Shown here one piece after another: positions 1 through 10,927 of a DNA stretch of 23,611 nt. The notes under the pieces are model-generated. The model was not told where the DNA came from. It was given only the letters and a program-made list of their open reading frames with translations, and ran no database searches. The position numbers and the translations under genes were made by a program. The DNA is from Trichodelitschia bisporula (lineage: Eukaryota), in NCBI GenBank assembly GCA_010356995.1, contig ML996713.1:62001-85611 (forward strand), given 5' to 3'. Every line of letters begins with the position of its first letter. The stretch's first letter is position 1.

Positions 1-927
1 ACCACACCCATCGTGCAGCCCAGTCTCTCACACTCGCCGTCAAAAAGCACCCGGGGTACGCCCGCGCGATTACCTCATACCCCCCCTCCCCACCTTCTCC
101 CGGCCCCAACACCCAACACCCAAGCCCTAAGCCCACTAGAACTACCCCACACCCCACCTACGTAGCCCTGCGTCTTCCCCCCGGTGCAAGCGACGGACCC
201 CGCGATCGACCCGTTTGCGGCCGGATGACGTCGCTACATGATGTGCAGCGTAAATTTGTTGCCACGCTTGATTTCGGAAGGTGTTAAGGTGTGGGTTGAT
301 GATGATGTTACTGCTTGCGTCAGTAATCCCCCGGCTGAGGGTGAGAGGGTGGGTTTGGGTTGTTGGTATGCTGGGCGGGATGATGCCATCGCCGGTGGAA
401 TTGGCGGTGGCATTCCGGCGCAGATTGTTAGTGGGAAGGAGCGGTGATAGCTTCACATACGAAAAAAGAGCGATGGAGTGTACCATAGTGCCATTGCTTT
501 TGTACGAAATATGTACGTGCGAACCGCATCTGATATATACTTGCGCGTCCTTTCCGCGCATTGGGAGCAATGAAGCTTCCATCTCCTGTCGCCGTGATGA
601 AACATCAGTAAATCGTCACTTTACCAAAGTGACACCTCGCAAAAGCCCACATGAACAATAGCAACTTGTCCCACTCGACGGAGGACCCATTACTGCCGAC
701 GCTTAAAATGCCTGCGCAATGTGTACACCGGCTGGACTCTAGCATGAGCAGCAGAAAAACGATCACGCACCACAGAACGCCCAGAGCAACAAATCATGGA
801 AAACAGTTGACGCGAAAACCACGCGCCCCGCTCATCCGCACACTGACTCCGCAAGCTGATGCATACCGCCACCATATCACTGTCATACCGAAAGCAGTCC
901 ACCTGGATCCCCGTCCGTCTGTCCACG

Positions 928-3225
928 CTAGTTGTAACCATCCCCCATATCAAAGCGGTGCTGAAGCGCCTTGGGGGTGCGGTGTTCACGCGGAGGAATG
1001 TGGTTATGCTTCTTCACAATCGTCATCTTGCGGGCGGCGGTGCTGAAGGCCTTTTTATCGGCCGCGTCGATGCAGCACTGCTGCTCTTCATCGGACTCGG
1101 GGCTGCAGCATTCGATGCCGCGCACGTACGGCGATGCGAGGATCTCCTTGACCGAAATGCGGCGGTCGGGGTCGGGGTGCATCATCTTGAGGAGCAGGCG
1201 CTTCAGAGCCGGAGAGCCGAGACGATCAGCGTTGAAGAGAGGGCCGCACATTGGCGCGCCGCCAGGCTGGTCGGTGATTATGCCATCAGGATTTTTCGCG
1301 AGCCAAGTGTCCCAACCTTTCTTGAAGGAGGCGTAGAATGGAGAGTCCTCGCGCGCAGCTGACCAAGGGGAACCAGAGTAGGTCATGGTGAGGAAGACAA
1401 TGGCGCAAGACCAAATGTCCAGCGGGCGAGGGTCGTAATCCCCACGCTTTTCCAGAACCTCGGGAGCGATGTACGGCAGGGAGCCGCAGATGCCGGGCGC
1501 ACAGCGTCGCACAGCGCCCATGTTCTTACCGCACTGACCACCAGCTGAACGAAGACCAGGGTGCTCACCGCTGAAGACTTCCGACACACCGAAGTCAGTG
1601 ATCTTGAGATGCCCATCTGCCGTAAGCAGCAGATTTTCGAGCTTGATGTCCCGATGCGCGATGCCGTGGCTATGGAGATAATCGACTCCACGAAGCAGCT
1701 GCTTGAAGAAACACAGACGGTCGGTCAGTTTGTAAAATGTCTTGAAAAGACTCTTGTCGACCAGACCATAGAGCTCGCCAAGCTGGCAGTACTCCATCAC
1801 ATGGTTCCAACGGTCCTTGTGTTTGCAGAGACGAACCGTCTCTACAATGTTTGGGTGATGAAGGGACTTGGCGATCGTGAACTCCGACTGCACTTTCTTA
1901 ATGTATTCTTCCGCATCTTCTGACTTGTCTTTCCCGCGGAATTCCTTCACGGCGAAGAGAACATCCTTTGCGCCGCCCTTGCGAAGCATCACCGTCACCT
2001 TGGCAGTCGCTCCCTTGCCGACGCAATGACCGCGGCGAAGAGGAATCAGAGACGAGCTTTTGAACTCCTTTTCGAGCTCACAGTAATCAACATAGAACTG
2101 TTCGGGAAGAGACGTGCTCAGGCGGCGCGCCTTGAGACCAGCACCCTCGTTGGCGCCCTTGGAGAAGGAGAAGATCAGAGGCTCCGTGGTCGGTTCCTCG
2201 CCCTCGGCGTTCGGGGACTTCCGCATGGCGTTCATGGTGGTGACATGCTCGGTGGAGGCGCTGCGCTTGCGCTGAGCGATTTGAGTTCCATCTTCTGTTA
2301 TGTTAGGACCCCATGTAATGCCTTGCCGCGGTGCGGAGTAGCGATTGAGCTGGTCGCTCGAGTACGGAACGCGTGTCGGGGAAAGCAGCGAAGTGTCGGC
2401 TTCGGTATGCATCGCCTCCTCCTCTTCAATCACCAACTCGTTGATCGTGCCAGCGGGAGAAGAGGGAGAGTGAGGCGAGCCAGAACGAGAAGTCTGCGAG
2501 CTGGGTGCTGACAGACTGAATCTTTGGGACTCAGTACCGTTACCAGTGCGCTCAAGCGCTCCATCAAACGCTGGGTTGTCAGAGCGGGAGTTCTTGCGGG
2601 ACAAGAACGACCCCACCCGCGTGAAGAGGTTCGGGCGCTGCCCGCCGCGCGCAGGCGCCCCGCCGCGAGGATTCATCAGGGTCGTATTTGATTGTGACCG
2701 AGTAAGAGCGGCGGGTTGTTCTTTCGCTGGCGGTTCTAAGCCCGTCGCCGCGTGCCTCGGAGTCGTGCGAGGAGGTAATGTTTCGGTATGGGTAGGAGGA
2801 GGAGGGCGTTGACTGCGAACGGGGAGTGGGGATTCGCTCGCAATAGAAGGAGGTGGTGAATTTTTGCGAGCAGGAGTGGTAGAAGAGGTTGCAGGTTGTG
2901 GAGTTTGCGAGTTTTGGGAGAGTGTGGAGGACTGGTCGGCCAGTGATTGGGTTGTCGAGGCTGACGTCGACAAGTCGTGGGGGTCCTCGCTGCCTTCGCT
3001 GCCTTCGCTTGAAGACGGGGCCTTGGCCCCGATTGGGGGAGCGATGTCCAGCATGCTTCGGATGGGTTGAGAGTTTGGAGGTGTTGCTCGTCGCAGCGGA
3101 GGTGGAAGTGGAGGAGCGGTGGTTGGGAGGGGAGGGAGGGGTTTTGACTGTTCGAAGCCGGGAAATAGTGACGAGGGAGACTGATGTGGTGGCGTGGGTC
3201 GAGCCTGCAGGCGCGTCGAAGCCAT
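928..3225 (-). CDS. Ser/Thr protein kinase, fungal HAL family (Ptk2/Hrk1/Npr1/Sat4-like), 765 aa, intronless
   Basis: Uninterrupted ORF with ATG in caATAATGG context. Full kinase motif set: GKGATA, FAVKEF, EFTIAKSLHHPNIVET, HRDIKLENLL, KITDFG, GICGSLPYIAPE, DIWSCA. Long Ser/Pro-rich N-terminal half. The AVKEF/SLHHPNIVET/GICGSxPYIAPE pattern is typical of HAL-family kinases; the exact orthologue was not determined. Confidence 0.96.
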   Translation of the reverse strand: MASTRLQARPTPPHQSPSSLFPGFEQSKPLPPLPTTAPPLPPPLRRATPPNSQPIRSMLDIAPPIGAKAPSSSEGSEGSEDPHDLSTSASTTQSLADQSSTLSQNSQTPQPATSSTTPARKNSPPPSIASESPLPVRSQRPPPPTHTETLPPRTTPRHAATGLEPPAKEQPAALTRSQSNTTLMNPRGGAPARGGQRPNLFTRVGSFLSRKNSRSDNPAFDGALERTGNGTESQRFSLSAPSSQTSRSGSPHSPSSPAGTINELVIEEEEAMHTEADTSLLSPTRVPYSSDQLNRYSAPRQGITWGPNITEDGTQIAQRKRSASTEHVTTMNAMRKSPNAEGEEPTTEPLIFSFSKGANEGAGLKARRLSTSLPEQFYVDYCELEKEFKSSSLIPLRRGHCVGKGATAKVTVMLRKGGAKDVLFAVKEFRGKDKSEDAEEYIKKVQSEFTIAKSLHHPNIVETVRLCKHKDRWNHVMEYCQLGELYGLVDKSLFKTFYKLTDRLCFFKQLLRGVDYLHSHGIAHRDIKLENLLLTADGHLKITDFGVSEVFSGEHPGLRSAGGQCGKNMGAVRRCAPGICGSLPYIAPEVLEKRGDYDPRPLDIWSCAIVFLTMTYSGSPWSAAREDSPFYASFKKGWDTWLAKNPDGIITDQPGGAPMCGPLFNADRLGSPALKRLLLKMMHPDPDRRISVKEILASPYVRGIECCSPESDEEQQCCIDAADKKAFSTAARKMTIVKKHNHIPPREHRTPKALQHRFDMGDGYN

Positions 3226-3459
3226 TATTGGTTGGGAGAGGGGAACTTCTTTTCAGGAAGGCGCGCCCTGTCGTGGCTGGCGGGGTGGGGTCGGTTAGGA
3301 AGGAAGGAGGGACGGGAGGTTGTTCTTCTTCCGAGGACCCAAAGGACAATGGCAACAACGACTTTTTCTTTGATAACTGTGAAGTCCTTTCGACGGGCAC
3401 AAAGAACTTTCGACGTTTGGTAGAAGTGGATCCGATATATACCGTTACTAAACAAACTG

Positions 3460-3567
3460 CTATGCCGGGCGCTGCAGCGAGTTCGGGCAGTAGTGCGAGG
3501 CTATACTGGCCTTGGTCGGACGGCGAGTTGACGTTGTGATTGGAGTGGAGTTTGTCGGCGAAGCCAT
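3460..3567 (-). other. Candidate upstream ORF (35 aa) in the kinase leader
   Basis: ATG at 3567 to TAG at 3460-3462 gives MASPTNSTPITTSTRRPTKASIASHYCPNSLQRPA. It is in the same frame as the kinase ATG 342 nt downstream. The transcription start is unknown. Confidence 0.35.
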
Positions 3568-3947
3568 GCGATCGCGAAGCAAACCGTGTTTCAAGAGGAG
3601 GAAAAGGCAATAGTTGAAATGATGAGGAGAACAATGGGGGGCGATTGCAGTGATAATATTCTACGGCTACGGACCGTGTGAATAGTTGAATAGTGGGGGG
3701 CAAAGAGAGGGGCCAGGCTGGGGGGGGGGTCAGAGTCTTTTAACAAGCACTTGGGCGGTTCCACATCCAGAGGGCAGTTCTCTGTGTGTGTGCCTTCCAA
3801 CTGGGCAAAGACTGCACTTCATCATCTCATGAGACTGGCGGCAAGCCGAGCCCTGTCAATTCTTCAGTCGGCTTAACCGCCACCAAGGTCTTGAGGACCA
3901 CCTCCACGGCCGGGAAGATTCGCAGCCGCAGTCCACGCGGCTAAGGT

Positions 3948-3993
3948 GGGAGATGTTGGGGGGGGAGGGATGGGGATTGGGAGGAGGGGGGGG
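3948..3993 (+). promoter_or_regulatory. G-quadruplex-compatible G-run cluster upstream of the kinase
   Basis: Six G runs (G3, G8, G3, G4, G3, G8) with loops of 1-7 nt; a further G10 run at 3720-3729. Motif only, no functional evidence. Confidence 0.3.
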
Positions 3994-6900
3994 TTGAAGA
4001 CAAGACATGATAGGGAACTCCCTTTGCATTTCCCAATCAAGAGCCCTAGCCAGTGACGTCTCCTGCGGCCCTAGGCGTTGCTGGTGAGAGCCCGGCACAC
4101 AAATGCCGATCGAGGGGTTTTGTGCCTTGTGCCCGGTCGGTCGGGGAGTCGATCGCATACGGTGTAAATTACGAACTTTCTTCACCGTGATCACACCCCG
4201 TCCGTCGTCACCGAGAGTTCACAAGACCTTGGCCGCTTCTTTGTGGGCGGAGTTTGGCGGTGTTGGAGGGGATGCCGGACTTTTGCCTCTTTGTGCTTTC
4301 GTTTGCTCTTCCGGACTTGCTCAACTGAACGGACAGCGAACAAACAAAAAACTCGAAGCGACTCTCAGCCGCGCCTGAACCTGAAGGTGTTTCTCCGCAG
4401 ACACGACTGTCCACGCGCCGCTGCAATGCACGCTCAAAGTTTGCTCTGCATCATGCTCCGCAAACCCCCACTCTGCTTCCAGGGGTGTGCGCGGTAGCCG
4501 CTGGGTTTCTTGCACCCTTAACCCGACGACATTGGGACGAGCCTGGAATGCAAAAGGTTGATGTACGGACTGCGTCCAACCTTGCGCGAAGCGCCTGCGT
4601 CGGTGCCCATTGAAACAGCGAAATTCACGGCAAAAAGTCACAGAGAGGAGCGCCGAGCGCTGCTGTACCTCTCGCTGTCGTACTCTGCGGCAGGTACACA
4701 CGGCGCCGAGACGACAAGAAAGCCGAGAGGTTACATGTACACGGGCGAAGTCGCGGACTGGTGCTGCCACGGCGATTAACAATATACGGCGGATATTGTG
4801 TTGCGCCTTGCTGTTTGGTCGACGAAGGGAACATCGGCATCACATATCACGGCGCCATGGAGAAGATGTACGATGGCATTTGATGTGGAACACCCATTCA
4901 ACGTCTACTGACACGATGCCGCTCACGGGATAGCCGTACTGAATTCTGACAAACATGACCGCGTCAACTTTCGGCGCTTGGCGCGGTTGAGAGTGAGCGC
5001 TAGGGCGAAACAGCATTGCGTTCTGATCGAAGGAGTTTCCGTTTCCGCTTGCTAGTCCCGTGTTCGGGGCCCGATTCGCGGCTGCGATGGTGTCCAGCGC
5101 TTCGCTCGTCTCCGTCTCCGCGTCTCAGATATTCCCGACCATCGAGCGCCTGCCCATACCACACGACAGAAAACTCAGGCTGGGAGTGGAATAGCATAGA
5201 ACAGCAACGAGTGAACTCAAACCGCTTGACCACTGTAACCGAGCAGGGCACCCATCACCCGTTCGGCCTTAAAACGTCGGCCGCGGTGCGGCATTTCTTC
5301 CCCATACGCCAGGTCGGACGGAGGGGGCCGGGGTGCAGGGGATGCCAGTGGGCTCTGCGAGTCCGAATTCTTGCTTGCCTTTCCACACAATCCTCACACC
5401 CCGCGGGCGGCCTTCGATGCCGCCTTCTCGAAGGGGCGGGGCGCAGTGCGGTGAGCAGCGCATGAGGCAGCGTCGTTGCAACCACCACTGCGGATTATCC
5501 TGTGCCATGTCGAGTTAGACAGCTCGTCACTCCTTCTGATTCTGGTGTCGTGTTGGTGCTTGGAAGGGATGCAGAAAATGCATCAGAATGCATACCACAG
5601 CGAGCCACGACGCTCAGCTTGCGCAATGCCGTTAGTTAAGATCGTCCTCTGTCATTGTGGTACGCCGCCTGGCGCTCCGATGTGCGGTCATGGCTCGGAT
5701 CAGCGCGCCTCAATGACGACCACTTCCGCCTCCGAAAGATCAACTTCCGACACCCATATCACAGCCACTTCACCTCAGCTCCCGAAATAGGCTGTCTCTA
5801 CGGGCGACCCTCCGCCCCATGAACACAACAGAAGCCCCAACATTCCCACGTAGATTACAAAGTCTCCGTCCCTCATCCAAGTAACACACCCATCACCGCT
5901 GCTGAAAGGAGCGATCACCGGACAGGCACACAACTCCTCACTGAGCAGCATAGGTAATGCTCGGCAAAAATGCCTATCGCCCGCCCACGGCCCTACTGCG
6001 GCACCTCGCCCACGCCATGCCGCCCCTTGGCGCATCCAAGCGGCAGCACACCAGTCCCAAAGCGTCTGCCGCCCAGGCCATGCCCCGCGCGCCCGCGCGC
6101 CACGCGTGGGGGCACTGAGCAACTCCCCCAGCATTTCCAACAAAGTACGGATGTACAAACCGTATTCTACCGCTCACCTCTCCGCCCCCGCATCCTACTC
6201 GTCATGCCGCAACGGGCAATCCGAGCACCGGCAAGGTTCCCCGGCGCGAGGTTGCTGGCCTGAAGACTTGGGCCGGAGTGCGCCTGGAGGCCGAAAGGGC
6301 GACAGGGCCGGCGGCCGCAGGCTGCGTTCACCGGCTTCGGCTGCTGCGGGTGCCGATGCGGGCGGGGTTGGGCGCTGGGGCCGGCCAACGGCGATGATGG
6401 GGCCGCGGAACCGTTTTTCGTCCGTTGGCCAAGAGCTTCGTTCTGGTTGCCCGAGTTTTGGGGAGGAGTATCCGTCTTGGAGGGTAGGACGGCGGGTTTG
6501 CCTGTGAGATGCAATATCGGAGTCAGCTGGGCGGATAGACTGGTACGAGTTGGATTCTTGATGCTGGTGATTTTCGCCGCTGTCGCTTGGCGAGGAGACA
6601 CGAGTGTTGGCCCGCGGCAGGCTGCTGGTTGGACGACGGCGGTACAAGGTGAAAGCTTGCAGGTTGGTCCTGTTTGGCTCTTTCGCAGAGGAGTTTGACG
6701 ATGCTTGCTTATCAACGCGTTTGAGGCTAACCTCAACTAGGGATCATGGGCATGATGCATCGTCTTCTCTGAGTGTCCGTCGGGGCGCCGTTGGAAGCTC
6801 TTTATCGGAGGAGACCAGGCTCGATCTCTCGCGAGGAGCTGAGCTCCGCGACCGAGCCTGTAGGGACCAGTCTACATGCAGGTGCGATATCAAGTCACTT

Positions 6901-9424
6901 GCCTCTGATACAGCTGCGCGATAGATCGGCCATTTTCCCTTCGAGTGGACTGATCGATCTGCATCGCTGCTTGCCTCTATCGTAGACCTGATGCGAAGAA
7001 GCGACACTCGCTCCGGCTCCTTCACTCAGCCTTCGCGGACACGGATGGCTCCCAGATATCGCAACACCATATTCTCCTCACCAGGAAAGTATCGGCAGGC
7101 CAACTCCCCAATTCCCCACTCCCCAAACACGTATATAAAACGCTACGCCCAAGAAAACCTTATCCCTCCCCCATCCCCCATCCCCAAAATCCCAAGCATT
7201 GTCGCACCCCTCTCGGCGTCCTTGGCCTCGCACACAAGACTCTCGGCCGTCGCATCCAAGCCCGCCACGGGACCCACTCATCCCCTTCGCGCGCCCACAG
7301 TTCACCATTGGCAACATCTTCGTGTCCCCACCAAGCCATCGCACCGCGCCTCAACCGTCGCCGCGATATGCCAGATGAGCGATCGCGCTTGGCGGCTAAG
7401 CATCGCACAACCGCGCCAGGACGGACGTCGTGAACAGTGATATTCAGACGATCGCGCAGGTCGAATACTAACGGGCCTCGGGCAGGCGGCCTCGGGAACG
7501 GATTCATTAATCTACAGTCTTGGAATCGGAGAGATTGGGCCCTGTCACTCAGGATGTGAGCAGGGAATATAAACACCCCCACGTAGTCTACCCCGAATCT
7601 TGAATGCAATATCGAAGTGCGCTCTGGACCGTCAAAGCCTTCCAAAGGCCGAGTCGCGTTCCGGCTGGACCCGCCAGTCTGGGGTGAAGCGTCCGGGGCA
7701 TATCTCTGATCTGAAGCCTGGCCGCGGTTGACATGTCGCCAAAGGGCAGAAACCCACGATCCGCCCATGTCGCCGCTAATTGCGGCCACCAGCGCAGGTG
7801 AGGGCTTGTCGTCATCGCCTCGATATTAACATTCAGCCCCGGATCCCCACTCCATTTCCAGCACTCCCCGCTTGAGAAACACAAAGTAAATCACAAAGTA
7901 CAAAACATTCCATACGAAGTACCGCAGTTGCACTCGCCAAGCAGCCCCCAACCCGCAACCTCGCGTGCCCGCATTCCCCAACCAAAATCGTGTCTGCACT
8001 CTGCGCTTTTGTGCCCTACGACTCAGTGAAATGCACCCCGAATATGCACCCCACGTACGACGCTGGGCGGGGGGACGATGTGTGCCCCCAGAGGCTCGGC
8101 GGCGCGGGCGTCTGGCTTCTCCTTGCGCGCAGCGAAGAGTTTCTGGCATATTGTCCCAAGCATCCGTAGCAATGGCCGTGGAATTTGAACGTTCGTACGT
8201 AGCAATTGATCGTCGCGGGCGCGTACTGCTGTACGGATGTACGTACTCCTACCTCCTGCTCCTCGCATCAGCCTCGCCCCGCACCCGTGCCCGCCCACGC
8301 AACGCCTCGTCTTGGCAGCGCTCCTCCCTCCTTCGTGAGCTGTGCAGAGAAAGCAACAAGTAGCACCGCACCGCACCGCTTGCTTTCCCAACAGCAACTG
8401 CGCGCGTGTCTCATTGCCTTTTTTTCAACAAATCAACCAATAGCCCCCCTCTGCGTCTCTGACGAGGCTGCCAGCGCAGTCCTCACAGTGACAGCCTCGC
8501 CGCGCATAACTGGCGGCTCTGCCGCTGCTTGCACCGTGCGCTCTGGCTTGCGTCGCCAAATGAGGATGGGTTGAATTGCGGAGTCGAAGCGTCAAGACTT
8601 TCTCACCCGGGGCGGGTCCTGTTAACGACTAACCGGCGCCGACATTGGAAAGCCGACCCGCACCTCGTTATGCAAGTCTACGCATAGGGAAAGCGGGCAG
8701 GCGAGGATTTTGCAAATTCCGTGGGGGTTGCGGTGTGGGATCGTATTTTGCGGGGAGCGGTGTCGGACCGCTGTTGTGCGACGCATCCGGAAACTGGGCT
8801 CGTGCCCCCTCGACGATGTTTGGACGTCAGCGAGACCGCCCTTTCGGTGCGTTTCCGACTTCAATTCCTCGTCGCGGACGCGTTGCGGCTTCGTCTACTC
8901 GGTCCGGCGCCGTCGGGTGCGGCTACTGCGGCCTCTGCAACGCCTGCGCCCGGCCGTCGCGGACGTGCGAGCGGGGCGCACTCCGGGCCATGGGGGTGCG
9001 GTGCGGCGTGATTGACGCAGTTTTGCTGGGAAGGGATGCGGCATCCGCTTAAAACAACCACTTCGGGCGTCCGTCCGCGCCGTTCTGCTTCGCTTCCGTG
9101 TGTCAAGCACCGCAGTGTCCTTTGCCCATACCTGTTTTAAACGTGGGATGGGGCTGCGGGCGGGTGTGGGTTGAGATTCGGGTGCCGGGGATGGATTTTG
9201 ATGTGGGGGGCGGGGTTGTTGCGGCGATTGCTAATGAAGTTGAGAGGGTAGGTGTGTTTTGTCTCGGGGCCACGATGGTTGTTGATCGGATGTGGGGAGA
9301 TGGTGGTTGAGTGGATTCACGGTAAGGTGATGAGAGGATGTAGAGTACTGATGGCATTGGTCTAGTATCTATGGTACAGTGTATCCCATTCTCCCGAAGA
9401 GAACCAACAGCCTCCGCTCGCGTG

Positions 9425-10927
9425 CTACTGTCCATCAACCCATATACCCTTATTTATCACAGAGGTGATGTCAATGTGCATGCACGCGTCCGGGTCATCC
9501 AGGTCCTTTTCTACTATCCCGAAGAAGTAGTCCATCTGCGCCGGAATCTCAGCGTAGTGACACTTGCAAAGGCCATTCGGAGCGTTTTGGCATTGAAAAT
9601 CCAGCCCCTTCTTCGTGTCAAACTCAATGGGTGCATGGCCTTCAACCGCCCCCTCCCCAATCTCCGTAAGCAAATACTCCAGCGTGGTAGTCCTGATAAT
9701 CGCCCCCAGCGGCATCATACCATCCTTATCCGCACACGCGTTGATCGCCCACTGGAACATGTACGCGCACTCCTCGAGATAAACCCTCTTCGCCGACAAC
9801 GTCGAACCCGTGTAGTTCCCTGTGTACACAAAATCCGGCCTAATATACACCACCGCATGCGCGCCATCATGATACGCATTCCGATTCCAGAACCGAACTG
9901 AGTTCACGTGGACCTCCGGGACGCCCTTGTTAATCGGCCGCTCAATGGCGATGGCGGGAAAGATGGTCGGGTTGGCCAACGCGCCCTTTGCGTTACACAG
10001 CTCCCTCGCTGCGCCGAGATACTGCGCCGCCTTGAGCTTCTTGATCTTCGGCCGCGACTGATGGCACAACAGGGCCTCGGGCGGCGAGCCTTTGTAGTCT
10101 TTTGACCCTTGGATGAACCATTTCATACTCGGTGTGGGTAGCCCGGCCACACTCGTCACTGTACCCGTTGAATTAGAAAAACTGGACGAAGACGGCACAG
10201 CGCTGGTTAAAGACGGCACAGCGGTAGACGAAGGCAGCACGCTGGACAAAGACGGCACAGCGCTGGACGAAGGCGGTACGCTGGACGAAGGCAGTAGAGC
10301 GCTGGACAAAGGGGACACAGCGCTGGAAGAAGGCAGCGGAGCGCTGGAAGAAGCCGGCAGAGGGCTGGAAGAAGACAGCGGAGCGCTGGACGAAGCCGGC
10401 AGAGGGCTAGGCGAAGCCGGTATATCGCTAGACGAAGCCGGTATATCGCTAGGCGAAGCCGGCAGAGCGCTAGCTGAAGGGGGCAGAGCGCTGGCTGAAG
10501 GCGGCAGAGAGCTGCCCGAATGGTACACAACGCTCGCGATACCCGCGTCGCTCGCACTGCCCACATCGACGGCGCCCGATGCAGTGGCTTGAGCCAGCGC
10601 ACTACTCCCAGCTGCCTCAATAGGAGCCACCAAACCGCCGAAATAGCTGCTGACGGGACCAATTTCTGCACCCCCTGAGTTTATCGGAGACCAGTTGGCG
10701 TCACTCGCGGGCCCAATGTCGCTTGCAGCGGTGTCGGGGGGTTTTGATATGAGGTCTCTTTTGGCGAAGAGGACGGGGTTTGCGGTGGTAGCGGCGGGGA
10801 GAGGGGGAGTATTGAAGGGAGAGGAGATGTTCCGGCGGATGAGAGAGGAAGGAGAGGAGAGGGAGTAGAGGACGGGTTGGGAGGGGAAGGGGTTGGCCCA
10901 AAGGAAGGCTAGGCGCGTGAAGAACAT
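9425..10927 (-). CDS. Putative secreted protein, 500 aa, with Ser/Pro/Ala-rich repeat stalk and Cys-rich C-terminal region; function unknown
   Basis: ATG at 10927 in strong ACCACAATG context inside the 577-aa ORF. Short hydrophobic start MFFTRLAFLWA, then NPVLFAKR-D (Kex2-like site), a PSSSA-type repeat stalk and N-glycosylation sequons (NIS, NST, NYT). The ~235-aa globular-looking C-terminus has 8 Cys. Confidence 0.8.
   Translation of the reverse strand: MFFTRLAFLWANPFPSQPVLYSLSSPSSLIRRNISSPFNTPPLPAATTANPVLFAKRDLISKPPDTAASDIGPASDANWSPINSGGAEIGPVSSYFGGLVAPIEAAGSSALAQATASGAVDVGSASDAGIASVVYHSGSSLPPSASALPPSASALPASPSDIPASSSDIPASPSPLPASSSAPLSSSSPLPASSSAPLPSSSAVSPLSSALLPSSSVPPSSSAVPSLSSVLPSSTAVPSLTSAVPSSSSFSNSTGTVTSVAGLPTPSMKWFIQGSKDYKGSPPEALLCHQSRPKIKKLKAAQYLGAARELCNAKGALANPTIFPAIAIERPINKGVPEVHVNSVRFWNRNAYHDGAHAVVYIRPDFVYTGNYTGSTLSAKRVYLEECAYMFQWAINACADKDGMMPLGAIIRTTTLEYLLTEIGEGAVEGHAPIEFDTKKGLDFQCQNAPNGLCKCHYAEIPAQMDYFFGIVEKDLDDPDACMHIDITSVINKGIWVDGQ
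10191..10520. repeat. Coding minisatellite, 16 units (14 x 21 nt + 2 x 18 nt)
   Basis: Units such as GACGGCACAGCGCTGGACGAA and GCCGGCAGAGCGCTAGCTGAA sum to 330 nt. They encode 7-aa repeats (PSSSAVP/PASSSAP-like) on the minus strand. Confidence 0.9.

Noticed and set aside
859..3539. Plus-strand ORFs antisense to the kinase
   Set aside because: Shadow ORFs of a codon-biased gene, with no independent motifs.
2579..3703. 374-aa minus ORF overlapping the kinase N-terminus
   Set aside because: Starts at TTG, has no internal Met and no motif; best read as an alternate frame of GC-rich coding sequence plus leader.
4100..9310. Many 60-200 aa ORFs upstream of the kinase
   Set aside because: Mostly non-ATG starts, Arg/Ala/Cys-rich composition expected from GC-rich non-coding DNA, and no domains.
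10191..10520. Repeat array as a CRISPR array
   Set aside because: Tandem units without unique spacers, inside a eukaryotic coding region, and no cas genes.
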